Source: Mobula hypostoma
Lineage: Eukaryota
DNA length: 64,000 nucleotides
NCBI RefSeq assembly: GCF_963921235.1
Contig: NC_086108.1
Span: 55,182,001-55,246,000, forward strand
Reading direction: 5' to 3'
A program made the position numbers and the translations under genes. The notes beneath the pieces were generated by a model. It searched no databases, was not told the DNA's origin, and worked only from the letters and a program-made list of their open reading frames with translations. Position 1 is the first letter of the stretch, and the number at the start of each line of letters is the position of its first letter. This document shows positions 39,430-51,484 of the stretch, piece by piece.

Positions 39430-41470
39430 ATGTGGGCTTCTCATCTCTTCAGGAACCTCGATAAAACACGGTGAATTAACTATAAATCTTTTCTTGTTTT
39501 TTAACTACTTACTGCAATTCTTGTTATAAAATATGTAGAACATAGTAACGAGAAGGATGAAGTAACTGGAGGGAACAAACGAGCTGACTCCTTTGCTAAG
39601 CCAGCAAAAGCAGATCTTTACGGCTACCTAGCACTCCAGTGTGATCAGGCTGCCAATACTTCCCAAATTCTTTTGATGAACTAGTACAATTACAGTGTGA
39701 TGCCTCAGTGGCTAAACAGATGTTATGGACTAAAGAACACTATGTGCAAAACTATAAAGGATAATGGGTATAATCGTAAATGAGAGATTTTTGACCATTG
39801 CAAGAAATGTAGCAGCCACTGTATGATTTGCCAGAGACATAATCCTGAAAGACGCTGCAGGTATCTGCCACCACTGCGTCCACCCCCAGGCAGCTATTTG
39901 TGCATCTTCAAATGAACTTTATGCAGTTACCTAAATGTGTCCGTTGTGATTATGCACATTATTGTATTTGTTATCTCCTTGGGTAAAAGCTTACTCAACT
40001 CAGAGAAGTGATGTAACTGTTGCTATTTTTAAAAAATTACAGTGGACAACAAATTTCTTTGGAAGTGTTGCTTCCTCAGAATTTTTTTTTGTTTATGATA
40101 GATTGGTTGAAGATGGACACATATATAATTTCAGACTACTTCTATCATGTAGGAATTTGGAGAAACAAGACATTAACTTTTATTGAATATAATGCGTTAT
40201 ATTGCATAATGGTGCTGATGCTTTCCAATAGTTCAACAAAGCTAAAAAATGCTTTGTTGATGATTTTCATTTGTACTCAGCATCTAAAGCTTCTCGCTTA
40301 AGTGTCCAACAATAATTAACCAGCATTGATGGATTTCAGTTTCCCTGATAACATTTCTCCATGACCACAATGTTCTGGTGAAACCCTTCACCATGCTCAT
40401 CTCTGACAGTGCCAAGATTTGTATGTAAGATGTCTAAATGGGAATACAGAAAATGAATCTTTAGTGACATGTTGCACTTTATGGTTTTGTATGTGTGAAG
40501 CATGTTGTCAACCAGCTACATGTAGTTTGTGCTCTGTAGTTGCCAAGAAAATTTTGAATAACTTCCTTGAATGCTTTCCATGCGATTTTCTCCTGTCCCA
40601 TTAGAAGCTCTTCGAATTGGCTGTTATTGATGACCTGTTTGAATGTGGACCAACAACAATGTGTTCCTTAATGTTGGCATCAGTTATTCTGACTTAAATT
40701 GTGAATCGAAATAACAAATACAGGAGATTTCAAAATAATGATGCATGATAGGGAAATTTCACAGTGATTTTCATGATCGGTAGCCCAAAATTCATAAGAT
40801 ACACCCAAAGTATTCAGGAAGCAAATCTTTGTTGTATAGTGTTAAGAGAATTTATTCCTAGGTTTGGGATCCCTGAGTAAATCTCAAATGATAACAGTCC
40901 TCAATATATCAGTAAAGTTCTATAGGAGTTGACAAAAGCCTTGCAGTGTGAGCATAATTTCACCTGCCCTTACCACTGTCTTACGGGGCAGCTGAAAGAC
41001 AGAGCAGGGCCCTGAAATTAAGGTCAGTAAATTGCAAAAGAAGACCAAACAAAGGTGGCCAGAAGTGCTTCTACTGGCCCTTGTGGCACTGCATTGCACT
41101 CCAATTTGTGTAACAGGCCCATCTCTGGATGAGGTAGTTTTGGAACGTCCCATGAGCTTGCCAGTCTATTTAATTAGACAGATGAACATTTATGAGTGAA
41201 AGCATGTTGCATTATTGTTTAGCATTAACACAAGTTCTTAAAGGTTCCCGACAACAGGGTCAGAAGGTCGTGCTGGCTGCAGAGTGCCACACATACCAGC
41301 TAGGAGATTGGGTACTAGTGAGAATGAAACTTGGATACGAATGAACTGCCTGGAGCCCTGCTGGGAAGGTCTACGCTAACCGTTGTTGACCACATATACC
41401 TCTTTATATGTCCAAAGAAAGCCAATGTGAATACACACCTCACACGTTAAGGCAGTGGAAACACCAAACC
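39430..41470 (+). pseudogene. pol: ERV pol remnant (RNase H C-terminus and integrase)
   Basis: GLLISSGTSIKHG, GNKRADSFAK, CMICQRHNP, HLQMNFMQLPKC, WVKAYST, REFIPRFGIPE, WPEVLLLAL, EPCWEG, IHTSHVK. Confidence 0.9.
40040..40841 (-). mobile_element. Chapaev3-like (CMC) DNA transposon derivative
   Basis: 3-bp TSD TTA (40037-39, 40842-44); TIR CAGTGGACAACAAA / TTTGTTGTATAGTG; CNMSLKIHFLYSHLD...LGTVRDEHGEGFHQNIVVMEKCYQG...NYCW. Confidence 0.8.
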
Positions 41471-41499
41471 AGGGAACAGGTGGCCAGAAAAACCTTGAT

Positions 41500-42720
41500 G
41501 GCAATGATCGATAGACTGAATCCTTCATCTTTGCTATTCGTCACCTTAAGTAATCACTATGCATCATAAAGACATAGGTAATATCAGCATCTATTTTCTC
41601 TGAAAATGCGGAATTATCTTATGATGGTAATACTCCTAACACTTTTCTTCAACTTAGTTATGAATATGTGTTGTGTACTAACCAGTCAGGTTGTTAGGTG
41701 TGCTCTAGAAGGCCTATACCTTCAGAAGGTCAATTGCCCCAACTTGTTTCCACTCCTGGATTGTAGTGGGTTTGATTCTGTGTTTAGTTTGATAACAAAC
41801 CAGGAATGGTAAAAGGAGCAGGGAATGGCACTGCCCATAGGAATGACTCTTGCCATGCAACTGTCTTAAGGGGTTGTATCAACCTATCCACAATGGATTG
41901 CATAACTTCCAGCTCTAAAGCTGCTTCATAAGGATAAGGGTGAAGTTTGCTATCATAACCACCAAGGGGTTGGACGAGACTTGGGTAACAGTACATGCAA
42001 TGTCTATACTACTGGTGACCCTCCGAATCCCATTAACAGTATTTAACTGGGTATGTAATCATCAGGGCTATCAATGGCTGCCAGAAGTATCCTCTCTACA
42101 ATAGGATTTTTGACCTGAACCAAAGCCATGGAGGGGTGGTTGTTATCTGGCCTACATAGTACTGTATAGAGTATGTACCACCTGCCTACTCTCTCCCTAC
42201 ATTTACTTTGTGTGGCTACCATCGGAGGACTACAGAGACTGAGCATTTCTGGATTGTAGTGCTCCCGTTCTGGGGATCTGCCAGACTGGCTCATGAGAGG
42301 ATCAAGTGCCTGAGTGCTGGAGATATTGGCTACATGGTACGAGCCAGACCATCAATGACATTACTGCTAAAATGTTGGCAATCTTCACTGTGGCCCGTCA
42401 ATTCAATTGGCACTAGACTTCTTGTTGGCTGAGAAGGCTGGTGCTAGGAATGTCCCTGATACAGCTGAGAACATCACCAATCTAGCTGTGCACACCCAGC
42501 TGGATGCTGATACGATTAAGAAGACCGGAAAAGACTTATGTAGGACTCTGTCATCACCATGGGCATCCTTTTGCTGATTTCACTCTTTACAAGTCGTAGT
42601 AATACTCCCTGCTGTTTGTAATATTCATTGTAATCTCTTGCCTGAGATTACTCTGTGGAGTGATGGTCACCAGGCAACTTCCTCCATCATGGTCAAACAG
42701 TCAACTGTTCCTGTTGAAAC
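41500..42720 (+). pseudogene. env: ERV env remnant
   Basis: WRGGCYLAYIV; EHFWIVVLPFWGSARLA; immunosuppressive-domain-like TAKMLAIFTVARQ/QLALDFLLAEKAG at 42363-42442. Confidence 0.85.
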
Positions 42721-42788
42721 CGTCACAGAGTTCAGAGGCTCTGTGCTATTGAAATTCAGTAAATTTGTGGTTTCCTCTGCAGGGCAAA

Positions 42789-43265
42789 AAGGAAGTTCCA
42801 GTAAGGCAAGGGTTAAAATAATTTGTAGGCAAGGGTAGATTGCAAATAAAATGTTGACAGGCCAGGTAAGAAAGGTCTTTGAAGAGCATAGCTTTTCTTT
42901 GCATACCAGGGATCTGCACACGAGATAATCAATCCAAGGCATATGCACCAACTAAAGGATAATTGCTTTACTAACTTCAAAATATCATTGGTTGTCAGCT
43001 TGTAGTTTCTAGTCACACCTGCATCGTGAATGGTTATTGTTCTTACAAGTAAGGAATTCAAACATATATAGTTCAGCAAATAGATAATATCTGTAACTGC
43101 AAACCAATTAGGTATAAAAATGACATTTCTCTGTTCATAATTCAAAACAGCGTGGTGACAGGGGTCATGCTGTCTCCTTATGCACAAGTAATACAAAGTG
43201 TGGCTGAGTCATAGGAATATGTGTGTTCTAGGTACAGTTATTTTATTTTATTATCAGTGATAACA
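42789..43265 (+). repeat. ERV 3' LTR
   Basis: Homologous to the 5' LTR; preceded by the purine tract AGGGCAAAAAGG; 5' boundary approximate. Confidence 0.85.
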
Positions 43266-44048
43266 TAATGCTGAGGCTTTATAGGGCATTGCTCAAACCA
43301 CATTTGGATATTGTGACCACTTTTGGGCCCCTTATCTCAGAAAATTTGTGCTGGCCTTGGAAAGGAGGTTCATAAGAATGATCATGGGAATGAAAGGGTT
43401 AATACACAGGGAGCATTTGAAGCCTCTGGTCCTGTACTCAAGATTAAAAGGATGAGGGGGCATCTCATTGAAACCTACCGAATATTGAAACACCTGCATA
43501 GAGTGGATGTGGAGAAGGTGTTTTCAGTAGTGAAAGAGTATAGGACCAGAAGCTACAACCCAGGATAAAAGGCTATCCTTTTAGAAAAGAAATAAGAAGG
43601 TGATGAATCTGTAGAATACATTGCCACAGATGGCTGTGGAAGCCTATTCATTGAGTATACTTAGGGCAGTGTTTGAGAGGATCGTGATCAGTGAGGATGA
43701 CAACAGTTATGGGGACAATGCAGGAGAATGAGGTTGAGAAGGAACAGTGCATCATGGTGGAGTGGACTTAACAGGCCGAATGGTGTGATTCTGCTCCTAT
43801 GTCTTATAGTGTTATGGATATTGAAGGTTTGGCCCAAAGTAAAATTCTAATGGAATCTGCCAACAAAGCCGTTCATGCAACTACACCTTATATAGATTAT
43901 TGCTGAGGATACCTTCCTTAATCAAAATGTCATGTGCTATATGAGATATCCAATAAGACACCTTGGATTAAGTTAATAGACCTCCTGGTCTTGGAGAAAG
44001 ATTGTTGATTGTGCAAGTACTTGTGAATGCCAGAGTTCTAGAGATTCT

Positions 44049-44127
44049 TTATGTCAACACCAATAATACAATAACACCAACAACACCAATGAGACCGACT
44101 ATTGTTACTGGTGTCCCCTTGAGCATT
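44049..44127 (-). CDS. Candidate last coding exon (hydrophobic tail)
   Basis: Acceptor tcctctttccag, phase 2; MLKGTPVTIVGLIGVVGVIVLLVLT*. Confidence 0.35.
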
Positions 44128-44259
44128 CTGGAAAGAGGATGTCTTGGATGTCCTTCTTTTCCAAAAAGCAATTGCAGAATTATGAAATGGACAGCAGAGA
44201 AATGGGCCCTTTTGACTCCCAAACCCTTGCATTAGGTCTGTTTCCTATCTAAGTACTTA

Positions 44260-45030
44260 ACCAAATGTCTTTTAAACATTGTAATACTGTCTGCCTCTAT
44301 CCCCTCCTTTGAAAGCTCTTCCAGATGACCACTACTCTGTGTGAAAAACTAACCCCTTGGACCACCTTTAAATTTTTCCCCTCTCACCTTAAACCCTATT
44401 GCTTTAGACTGCACTGCCTAGGGGAGAAGATTCTGGGTATATGTCCTATCTATGTCCCTCATAATTTCATAAACCTCTACATGGTAGCCCTTCAGTTTCC
44501 AGCATTCAAATGAGAACAAATCCAGACATGAGAAAATCTATAGATGCTGGAAATCCAAGCAACACACACAAAATGCTGGAGGAACTCAGCAGGCCAGGCA
44601 GCACCTCAGCCTGAAATGTCGACTATACTCTTTTCCATAGATGCTGCCTGGCCTGCTGAGTTTCTCCAGCATTTTGAGAATAAACCCAGCCTATCCAATC
44701 CAGGGGGCATAGTACCTATTTCCAAGCACCTTAAAACTGCGTGAGATGTCAGAGGTAAGATTTTCACACAGAAGGTGGTGGGTGCATGGAATGCACTGCT
44801 GGCAGGAAGCGGATACAATAGGGTCTTTTAAGAGCCTCTTAGATAGGTACATGGAGCTTAGAAAAATAGAGGGCTATGTGTTAGGGAAATTCTAGGCAGT
44901 CTTTAGAATAGGTTACATGGTCAGCACAACATTGTGGGCCAAAGGGCCTGTAATGTGCTGTAAATTTCTATGTTCTGTGTTCTCTCCTTATAACTACAGT
45001 GCTCCATCACAGGCAAAATTCTGGTGAACC
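44260..45030. mobile_element. Mosaic of CR1 3' fragments (both strands) with a Penelope-derived insert at ~44527-44675
   Basis: CR1 3' motifs plus AAATGCTGGAGGAACTCAGCAGGCCAGGCAGC inverted arms. Confidence 0.8.
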
Positions 45031-45130
45031 TCTTCAGCCTAACAACAGGTTTCCGGTCTTATTGTACACTCTGTAACAGTTTGTTTAGAGAGCCCTAGGC
45101 CTGCCAGAATTGAAGATTTAATTTACTTAC

Positions 45131-45218
45131 CCTGTATACTGCATGGGGTAGGGTCTGAAACCATTCCTATTTCTACAACTGTTATCTTCTTCCTCTTTGT
45201 TTTCTAACTGGTGTGTAA
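45131..45218 (-). CDS. Candidate coding exon (88 nt, phase 1 to 2)
   Basis: cttttctaacag acceptor; AGG|gtaagt donor; only one open frame (THQLENKEEEDNSCRNRNGFRPYPMQYT). Confidence 0.55.
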
Positions 45219-45532
45219 CTGTTAGAAAAGCCCACAATCATCACACAGGAACATTGCAAGGATCACTTTCACATTTCACAACAGTATGCAGCCAGTACAA
45301 AAATACTGAAGTAAACTGGAACACAAAGCATACAACGTAATACAGGCAGAATGTTTCCTAAAGCTCGGGTTTAGCCAAGAGCACAGTAACAGAAATTCTT
45401 CTTTTCTGACTTTGTCCACCCACTGTTTTGAACAGATTGTGGAGCTGACAGTTACAATATGGAAAGAGACAAGAAAAAATATTTTTACTGTGTCATTTGA
45501 CCTCAATCTGCATATATTAATGAGGCTCGCAC

Positions 45533-45619
45533 CTGGTTCTGGCTGAAACTTTCTACCTAAATTAAGGTTATCTTGGAAATCTAAATAGTGGTTTAGCTGT
45601 GACGTTAGCACAGAACCAT
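45533..45619 (-). CDS. Candidate coding exon (87 nt, phase 1 to 1)
   Basis: ctttctatttcag acceptor; CAG|gtgcga donor; GSVLTSQLNHYLDFQDNLNLGRKFQPEP. Confidence 0.5.
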
Positions 45620-47134
45620 CTGAAATAGAAAGCTATTCACCAATGTCAGTTTTAACTAATATATTGCTGCTTCTTGCAGAATATATGCTTGTTATGGAAA
45701 CTCTTAATATGACCTGTCAGCATTTATCACCCATGGAGTTGAAAAAAGATTCCATAAGGATTGTATCGGTACTACTGTACAAAAATAGCTCATTGCCCCA
45801 TTTCTAATAGTGGGCTCCAAAGCATGTAATTATTCTTTTCTACTGAGTTCAATAAATCAGCATCACAGATTACAATAGTTTATGATTTAAGACAATCAAA
45901 ATAGACTTAATGATTAATTAGAATTAGATACAGAAGTTGACGACAATGAAAATGACTCTTCCTACACAATAGGTGACATTATTTAACATTTTTTTTAATA
46001 ATGATACACTCTCAATTAATAATTTGGGAATATAAGATCCCAAGGAGAAGAACTGACAAGGCCAAAATTTGTTACCTGTCTTTAACTGCCTTTGGTAAGG
46101 AACTGCTCTCTTCCATTGCTGTTCGGTAAGGAGTTACACATTTTGATCAAGAAATTGTGAAGAAGCAGCAAAGTGAGTCCGAGGGTAATCTGTCGCCATC
46201 AGAGATTCATAATGTAATTGTAGTGGTTCCTGCGTTTTCACTACATGTACTTCGGGATGTTTGGGATGCGATATTGAAAGAAAATTACTTAGTAGGTGAA
46301 GTACATGTAGCATTTGGTACGTTCTGCAGCCTATGTGGAGTGAGAGTACAGTTAAGGTGATGATGGGCTGTCAATCAAGCTATGCATGTCCTGCTGAGTT
46401 CCTCCAGCATGTTGTGAGTCCTGCATGGAGTAGAGTCTTCTTGGTCGAGGTTTACGTTGCACTATTCCAGGTAATAAAGAGAATGCCAACATACTTATAG
46501 CTTGTACAGGGATATTTCTGTTGCATACCCAACTTCTGAACTATTATCTTGGCCACATTATTTTGGTTACCAGCCTATTAATGTATTGGACTTTAATATG
46601 TGGGAGCTAATGATAAGCATGTCTTTGAATATCAAGTTGGATTAATAAGAACTTCTCTTGTTAGGGCCAGTCATTGCCTAGTTCTTGTGTTTCGTAAATG
46701 AATTTGACATTTATCCACCCATACTTGAATAGGTTGAAGAGTTGCAAATGGAAAATACATTTTGTGATTACAAATGAAAAGGACCACTTCTGACCTTATG
46801 ATGAAAAGAAGGTCATTGATAAAATAGCTGAGGGTGGTTGGGTCTTAAACACTTTGCAGATGAACTCCACAATAATGATCTGGGCTGGGATGTTTTACTT
46901 TCAATGAGCACAGCCATCTTCCTTTGTAGTAGGTATGACTACAGCTAACAGAGAATTGTCTCATTTATTTCCCGTCCTTAATTTTATCAAGGCATCTTTA
47001 CATCACTCCCAGCAGATACTGCGACTGAACAACCAGCCTTTGACTGCTGTTATATTCATAGTAATTTTATGATAGCTTTAGATTTATGTTAATATTATAG
47101 TTTCAATTATAACATAATTTTCTTTTGTTTATTA

Positions 47135-47525
47135 ATCTTTTTATTGATTTAAAAAGAGCATATATAAAAACAAGAGGAGAATTATCTCAAATATATCAAT
47201 CACAATACAAACAGAAAGTGAAATAGACATTATCAAAATCATACATAGTATTAAGCTAATATGTAGTATATAATAAAAAAGACAGTTAATTTTCCTCATC
47301 AATTCATGGAGAGAAAAAAAAACTCTAAATTTTTAAATGAAGAAAAAAAAACCCACTACACTATACGAGAAAAAGAAAAAAAAGGGACTAGGCAGAAAAG
47401 AAAGACTTTCTGATCAAATCTAAAACTTCGAAAAAAAAAATAATTGGAAGAGTAATAAATCAAATCAAATCAAAATATTGAATAAAAGGTCACCAGATTT
47501 GCTCAAATTTAAAGGATGTATAATT
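47135..47525 (-). mobile_element. L1-type LINE 3' end
   Basis: FKFEQIW*PFIQYF resembles a fish L1 ORF2 C-terminus; T-rich UTR, then AATAAA. Confidence 0.65.
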
Positions 47526-47799
47526 TTATACTAGGTTTGAAATTGGTATAATTAACTCTAAGATTTAGACAAAGTCACGTAGAGTTGCGAGAGGCAAGCT
47601 TACCGAGATTTATTGTAAAATGATCAAGAAATATAATGGCAAACATTAGAGGAGATAAATTCATAAATCCCAATGAATATATTTTCTTTTCAGGAATAAA
47701 TTAATGGAAAATTGGTACATCCACAAGTAATTAGAGAAGTTGAGCACAGTATTTAATTAAATCAAAAGCTTTACAATTTACCATAAAGTGTTGTGAAAT

Positions 47800-50520
47800 A
47801 TTTAAAAATCAATAAAGAATTATCAAAAATGCAAAAGAAGATAATGGTAGAGCTTTTACAAGTCTGCGAAAAGAAATGGATTGGTGAAAGTAAAATTTCA
47901 CTCCTTAGAGGTGAAAACTGGTACAATTATAATAAATAATATGTGAATGACAGACACATTAAATGAATAGATTGTGTCTTCACAGTTGAAGACATTAAAG
48001 ATGAATGAATTTAGTAGTTGAGAGGGGTGGCAACAAATGTCTACTCTGCCACAGTTGAGCCAGAGGTGCCTGATGGGACAGAAGTGTGGATAATTTGTGA
48101 GGTGCTGTCTTCCTTTGGACAGTTATTCAAGGAAATTATGTTTAAGTATTTAAGTATGTATATAAGGCCGAACTACTTGCTTTGGATTTTCACAGAACAT
48201 CTCATGATTTGCTACATAAGATGCTATTATATAAGAACAGGTCCCTTGAATAAGATGGGATAATATGGATTGGAGACTGGTTAAAGGACAGGAAACAGAG
48301 ATTTAGAAGTGATAAATGACTTATTACAGTGTAAGTGCTGAAAAATCAGAGGCCTTGATGCTTTACTATCTATACTTCTTCACCTATGACTTAGACGAAG
48401 GGACCAAAAGTCCCAGATTTACTATGAATGCATGACAAAATTGTTATGGAGTTTCTGTGGATGCTTCAAAAAGGTTGCAAATAGATATAGACCAATTATT
48501 TGATTGTACAACAAGTTGGCAGATTAACCATGTTGGCAAGAGTGTGAAGTTATTAATTTAGCTGAAAGAAAGGAAAAGCGGAGCTTTAAAAAATCATGAG
48601 TGATCAATTAATGTTGGCTATTCTGGACCTTAGGATGTAACTATGAAAATGGACAAGGGAGAGCCAGTGGATATAGTACACCTGGACTTTCGGAAACCCT
48701 TTGATGAAGTCCCACATAGGAGATTAGTGGGCAGAATTAGGGCACATGGTATTGGGGGCAGAGTACTGACATGGATGGAAAATTGGCTGGCTGACAGACA
48801 ACAAAGAGTAGCGATTAACGGGTCCCTTTCGGAATGGCAGGCGGTGACCAATGGGGTACCGCAGGGTTCAGTGCTGGGACCGCAGCTGTTTACAACATAT
48901 ATTAATGATTTAGATGATGGAATTAAAAGTAACATTAGCAAATTTGCCAATGACACAAAGCTGGGTGGCAGTGTGAAATGTGAGGAGGATGTTATGAGAA
49001 TGCAGGTTGACTTGGACAGCCTGGGTGAGTGGGCAGATGCAGTTTAATGTGGATAAATGTGAGATTATCCACTTTGGTGGTAAGAACAGGAAGGCAGATT
49101 ATTATCTAAATGGAATCAAGTTAGGAAAAGGGGAAGTACAACGAGATCTAGGTGTTCTTGTACATCAGTCAAAGAAAGCAAGCATGCAAGTACAGCAGGC
49201 AGTGAAGAAAGCTAATGGCATGCTGGCCTTTATAACAAGGGGAATTGAGTATAAGAGCAAAGATGTCCTTCTGCAGCTGTACAAGGCCCTGGTGAGACCA
49301 CACCTGGAGTACTGTGTGCAGTTTTGGTCTCCAAATTTGAGGAAGAACATTCTTGCTATTGAGGGAGTGCAGCATAGGTTCACAAGGTTAATTCCCGGGA
49401 TGGCGGGACTGTCATATGTCGAAAGATTGGAGTGACTAGGCTTGTATACTCTGGAATTTAGAAGGCTGAGAGGGGATCTTATTGAAACATATAAGATTAT
49501 TAAGGGATTGGACACGCTGGAGGCAGGAAGCATGTTCCCGCTGATGGATGAGTCCAGAACCAGAGGCCACAGTTTAAGAATAAGGGGTAGGCCATTTAGA
49601 ACGGAGTTGAGGAAAAACTTTTTCACCCAGAGAGTGGTGGATATATGGAATGCTCTGCCCCAGAAGGCTGTGGAGGCCAAGTCTTTGGATGCTTTCAAGA
49701 AAGAGATGGATAGAGCACTTAAAGATAGCGGAATCAAAGGTTATGGGGAGAAGGCAAGAAATGGATACTGATCGTGGATGATCAGCCATGATCACAGTGA
49801 ATGGTGGTGCTGGCTCGAAGGGCCAAATGGCCTACTCCTGCACCTATTGTCTATTGTCTATTATTGACATTTTTAATTGCCCCTCAACTAACTGGCTTGC
49901 TGGGCCAGGTCAGAGTGAACCAATTTGAATTTAGGGTGACAAATCAGCCAAATTGGGAAAGGCCAGTAATTTTCTTTTATAACAATAGCTTTATGGTCAG
50001 CATTGTTGCTAACAGCTTTTCATTCCAATTTAATACTTTCAATTTATATTCTCTAGGGATTTAAACTCTTGTCTTCCAGCCAATGTTTCTGGATACTATT
50101 CCCATGATTAGACCACATTTACCACCTTACACACATGTTAGCTTAGAAAAGCAAATCTTTTTAGAATGTCTGAGGTAACACATCTGGACTGCCTTGCCCA
50201 GTAAACTTACGGTGAAGAAGGTTGTTCTTGCATTAGGATGCGTGTGACAAAGAGATTGATTTCTGGTATATAAGAAATATGTGGCTTAGAAAGACTTAAA
50301 AAGTAACCTTTGCGAACTTCATAAAGTTGGCAAAGTTGATTTTAAAAGACTATTATCCCGATCGGAGAGTTAAGAATCTGCTCTCAGGATAAGGAGTTGA
50401 TAGTCTAGGACTGAAACAAAAAGAAATGCTTCCACTCAAAACTTTGTGTGGCTTTGCAATTTTCTGCCTGGAGTCTGCAGGGATGCTGGTCAAGGAGTGC
50501 ATTTAAGACTGAAGGATATC
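47800..50520 (+). mobile_element. Very old CR1-like LINE relic surrounding a young CR1
   Basis: Degenerate TTCACAGTTGAAGACA, GACTTAGACGAAGGGACC and CAGGATAAGGAG motifs in CR1 order. Confidence 0.55.
48631..49862 (+). mobile_element. Young 5'-truncated CR1, same subfamily as 33970-35147
   Basis: ORFs 48643..49771; (TATTGTC)n tail; closely similar to the 34-kb copy. Confidence 0.97.
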
Positions 50521-51484
50521 ACGAAGAGAGCCTTCGGAATCCTTTAAAGGGATGAAGGCGTGTTCTGTGGATGGTGATCTGTAGAACGTGGAAGTTGATG
50601 AGATTGTAGTGAGTATGAAAGGAATCCATTTCTTATGGAGGGAGGAGGAGCCTTTCATTCAGAATTGTGGAAAAAATGTTCAGAAAGATTAAGGCCTCTA
50701 TCATTAAAATGTAATTCAGTAGTGTAACTCAAGGAAGCAAAGAATTTGACAAAAAGCAGTGAAATTTGGATGGAAATTTCCAATTGGAGGTCAGAATATG
50801 AATGTACTGGAAAAAGGAGTGAGGTTGATGAAGAGGGGAGATGGAATCCTAGGACTGGAATAAAGCATGTTCCATAAATTACAAGAGGAAGTCTAGCTAG
50901 GATCTGCATGGATTTCTATAGTGAAACCTTTCACTTAGAGGAAGTGAGTGGAGTCAAGGGAGAACTTTTTCAAATTTTCTGCTGCAGAGAATTGCTGTAA
51001 ACAAGACTATTTGGTCTCTGTTCATTGAAGGTGTGAAGTTCTGGTCTTTTGCTTTTAATTTGTATGACCAAATACTATGTCTGCAATTACATAAATGTAT
51101 AACTTTATAAGTCATCCACACTCATTCTCTCCCATTTGACATAAACATCAGTCTAAACACAATACAGTTGAGTTTTACTTCACTTTATTCATATTGCCAA
51201 CAAAATCTTTATCCATAACCTTCAGAAACAGTTTTTCAATTTATTCCATGTTACCTTCCAATTTCTATAAACAATAACTTAATTAATGATGCTCTTATCC
51301 TGTACTCGTTCTTCATTATACCTACCCTTGCTGCTGCTCTGGATATTCCATTAATTTCCTTCAGTTCTATTCTCTAGACTTGCTCGCATTTTATATCTCT
51401 TCTCGTTCACCCTTGACTTTTTAAGGCTAATCTTTTTAGGATAAAATTGTATCCAGCTCCCATGGAGTTTCTCACAATGACTCA

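Larger units (their letters stand above)
37518..43265 (+). mobile_element. Decayed class I (gamma/epsilon-like) endogenous retrovirus with two LTRs
   Basis: Direct repeats 37518-37968 and ~42789-43265; TG...CA ends; flanks TAAC/TAAT; RNase H, integrase and env remnants. Confidence 0.92.
35530..43815 (+). mobile_element. CR1 LINE split by the ERV
   Basis: APE/RT remnants to ..GLEYKSK at 37510, resuming at 43266 with TAATGCTGAGGCTTTAT; tail TCCTATGTCTTAT at ~43800. Confidence 0.9.

Noticed and set aside
45370..45444. Extra small exon between the two candidate exons
   Set aside because: Acceptor plausible but donors are poor and a stop follows
49165..49737. 190-aa minus-strand ORF (also 34457..34984)
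   Set aside because: Antisense shadow of CR1 ORF2
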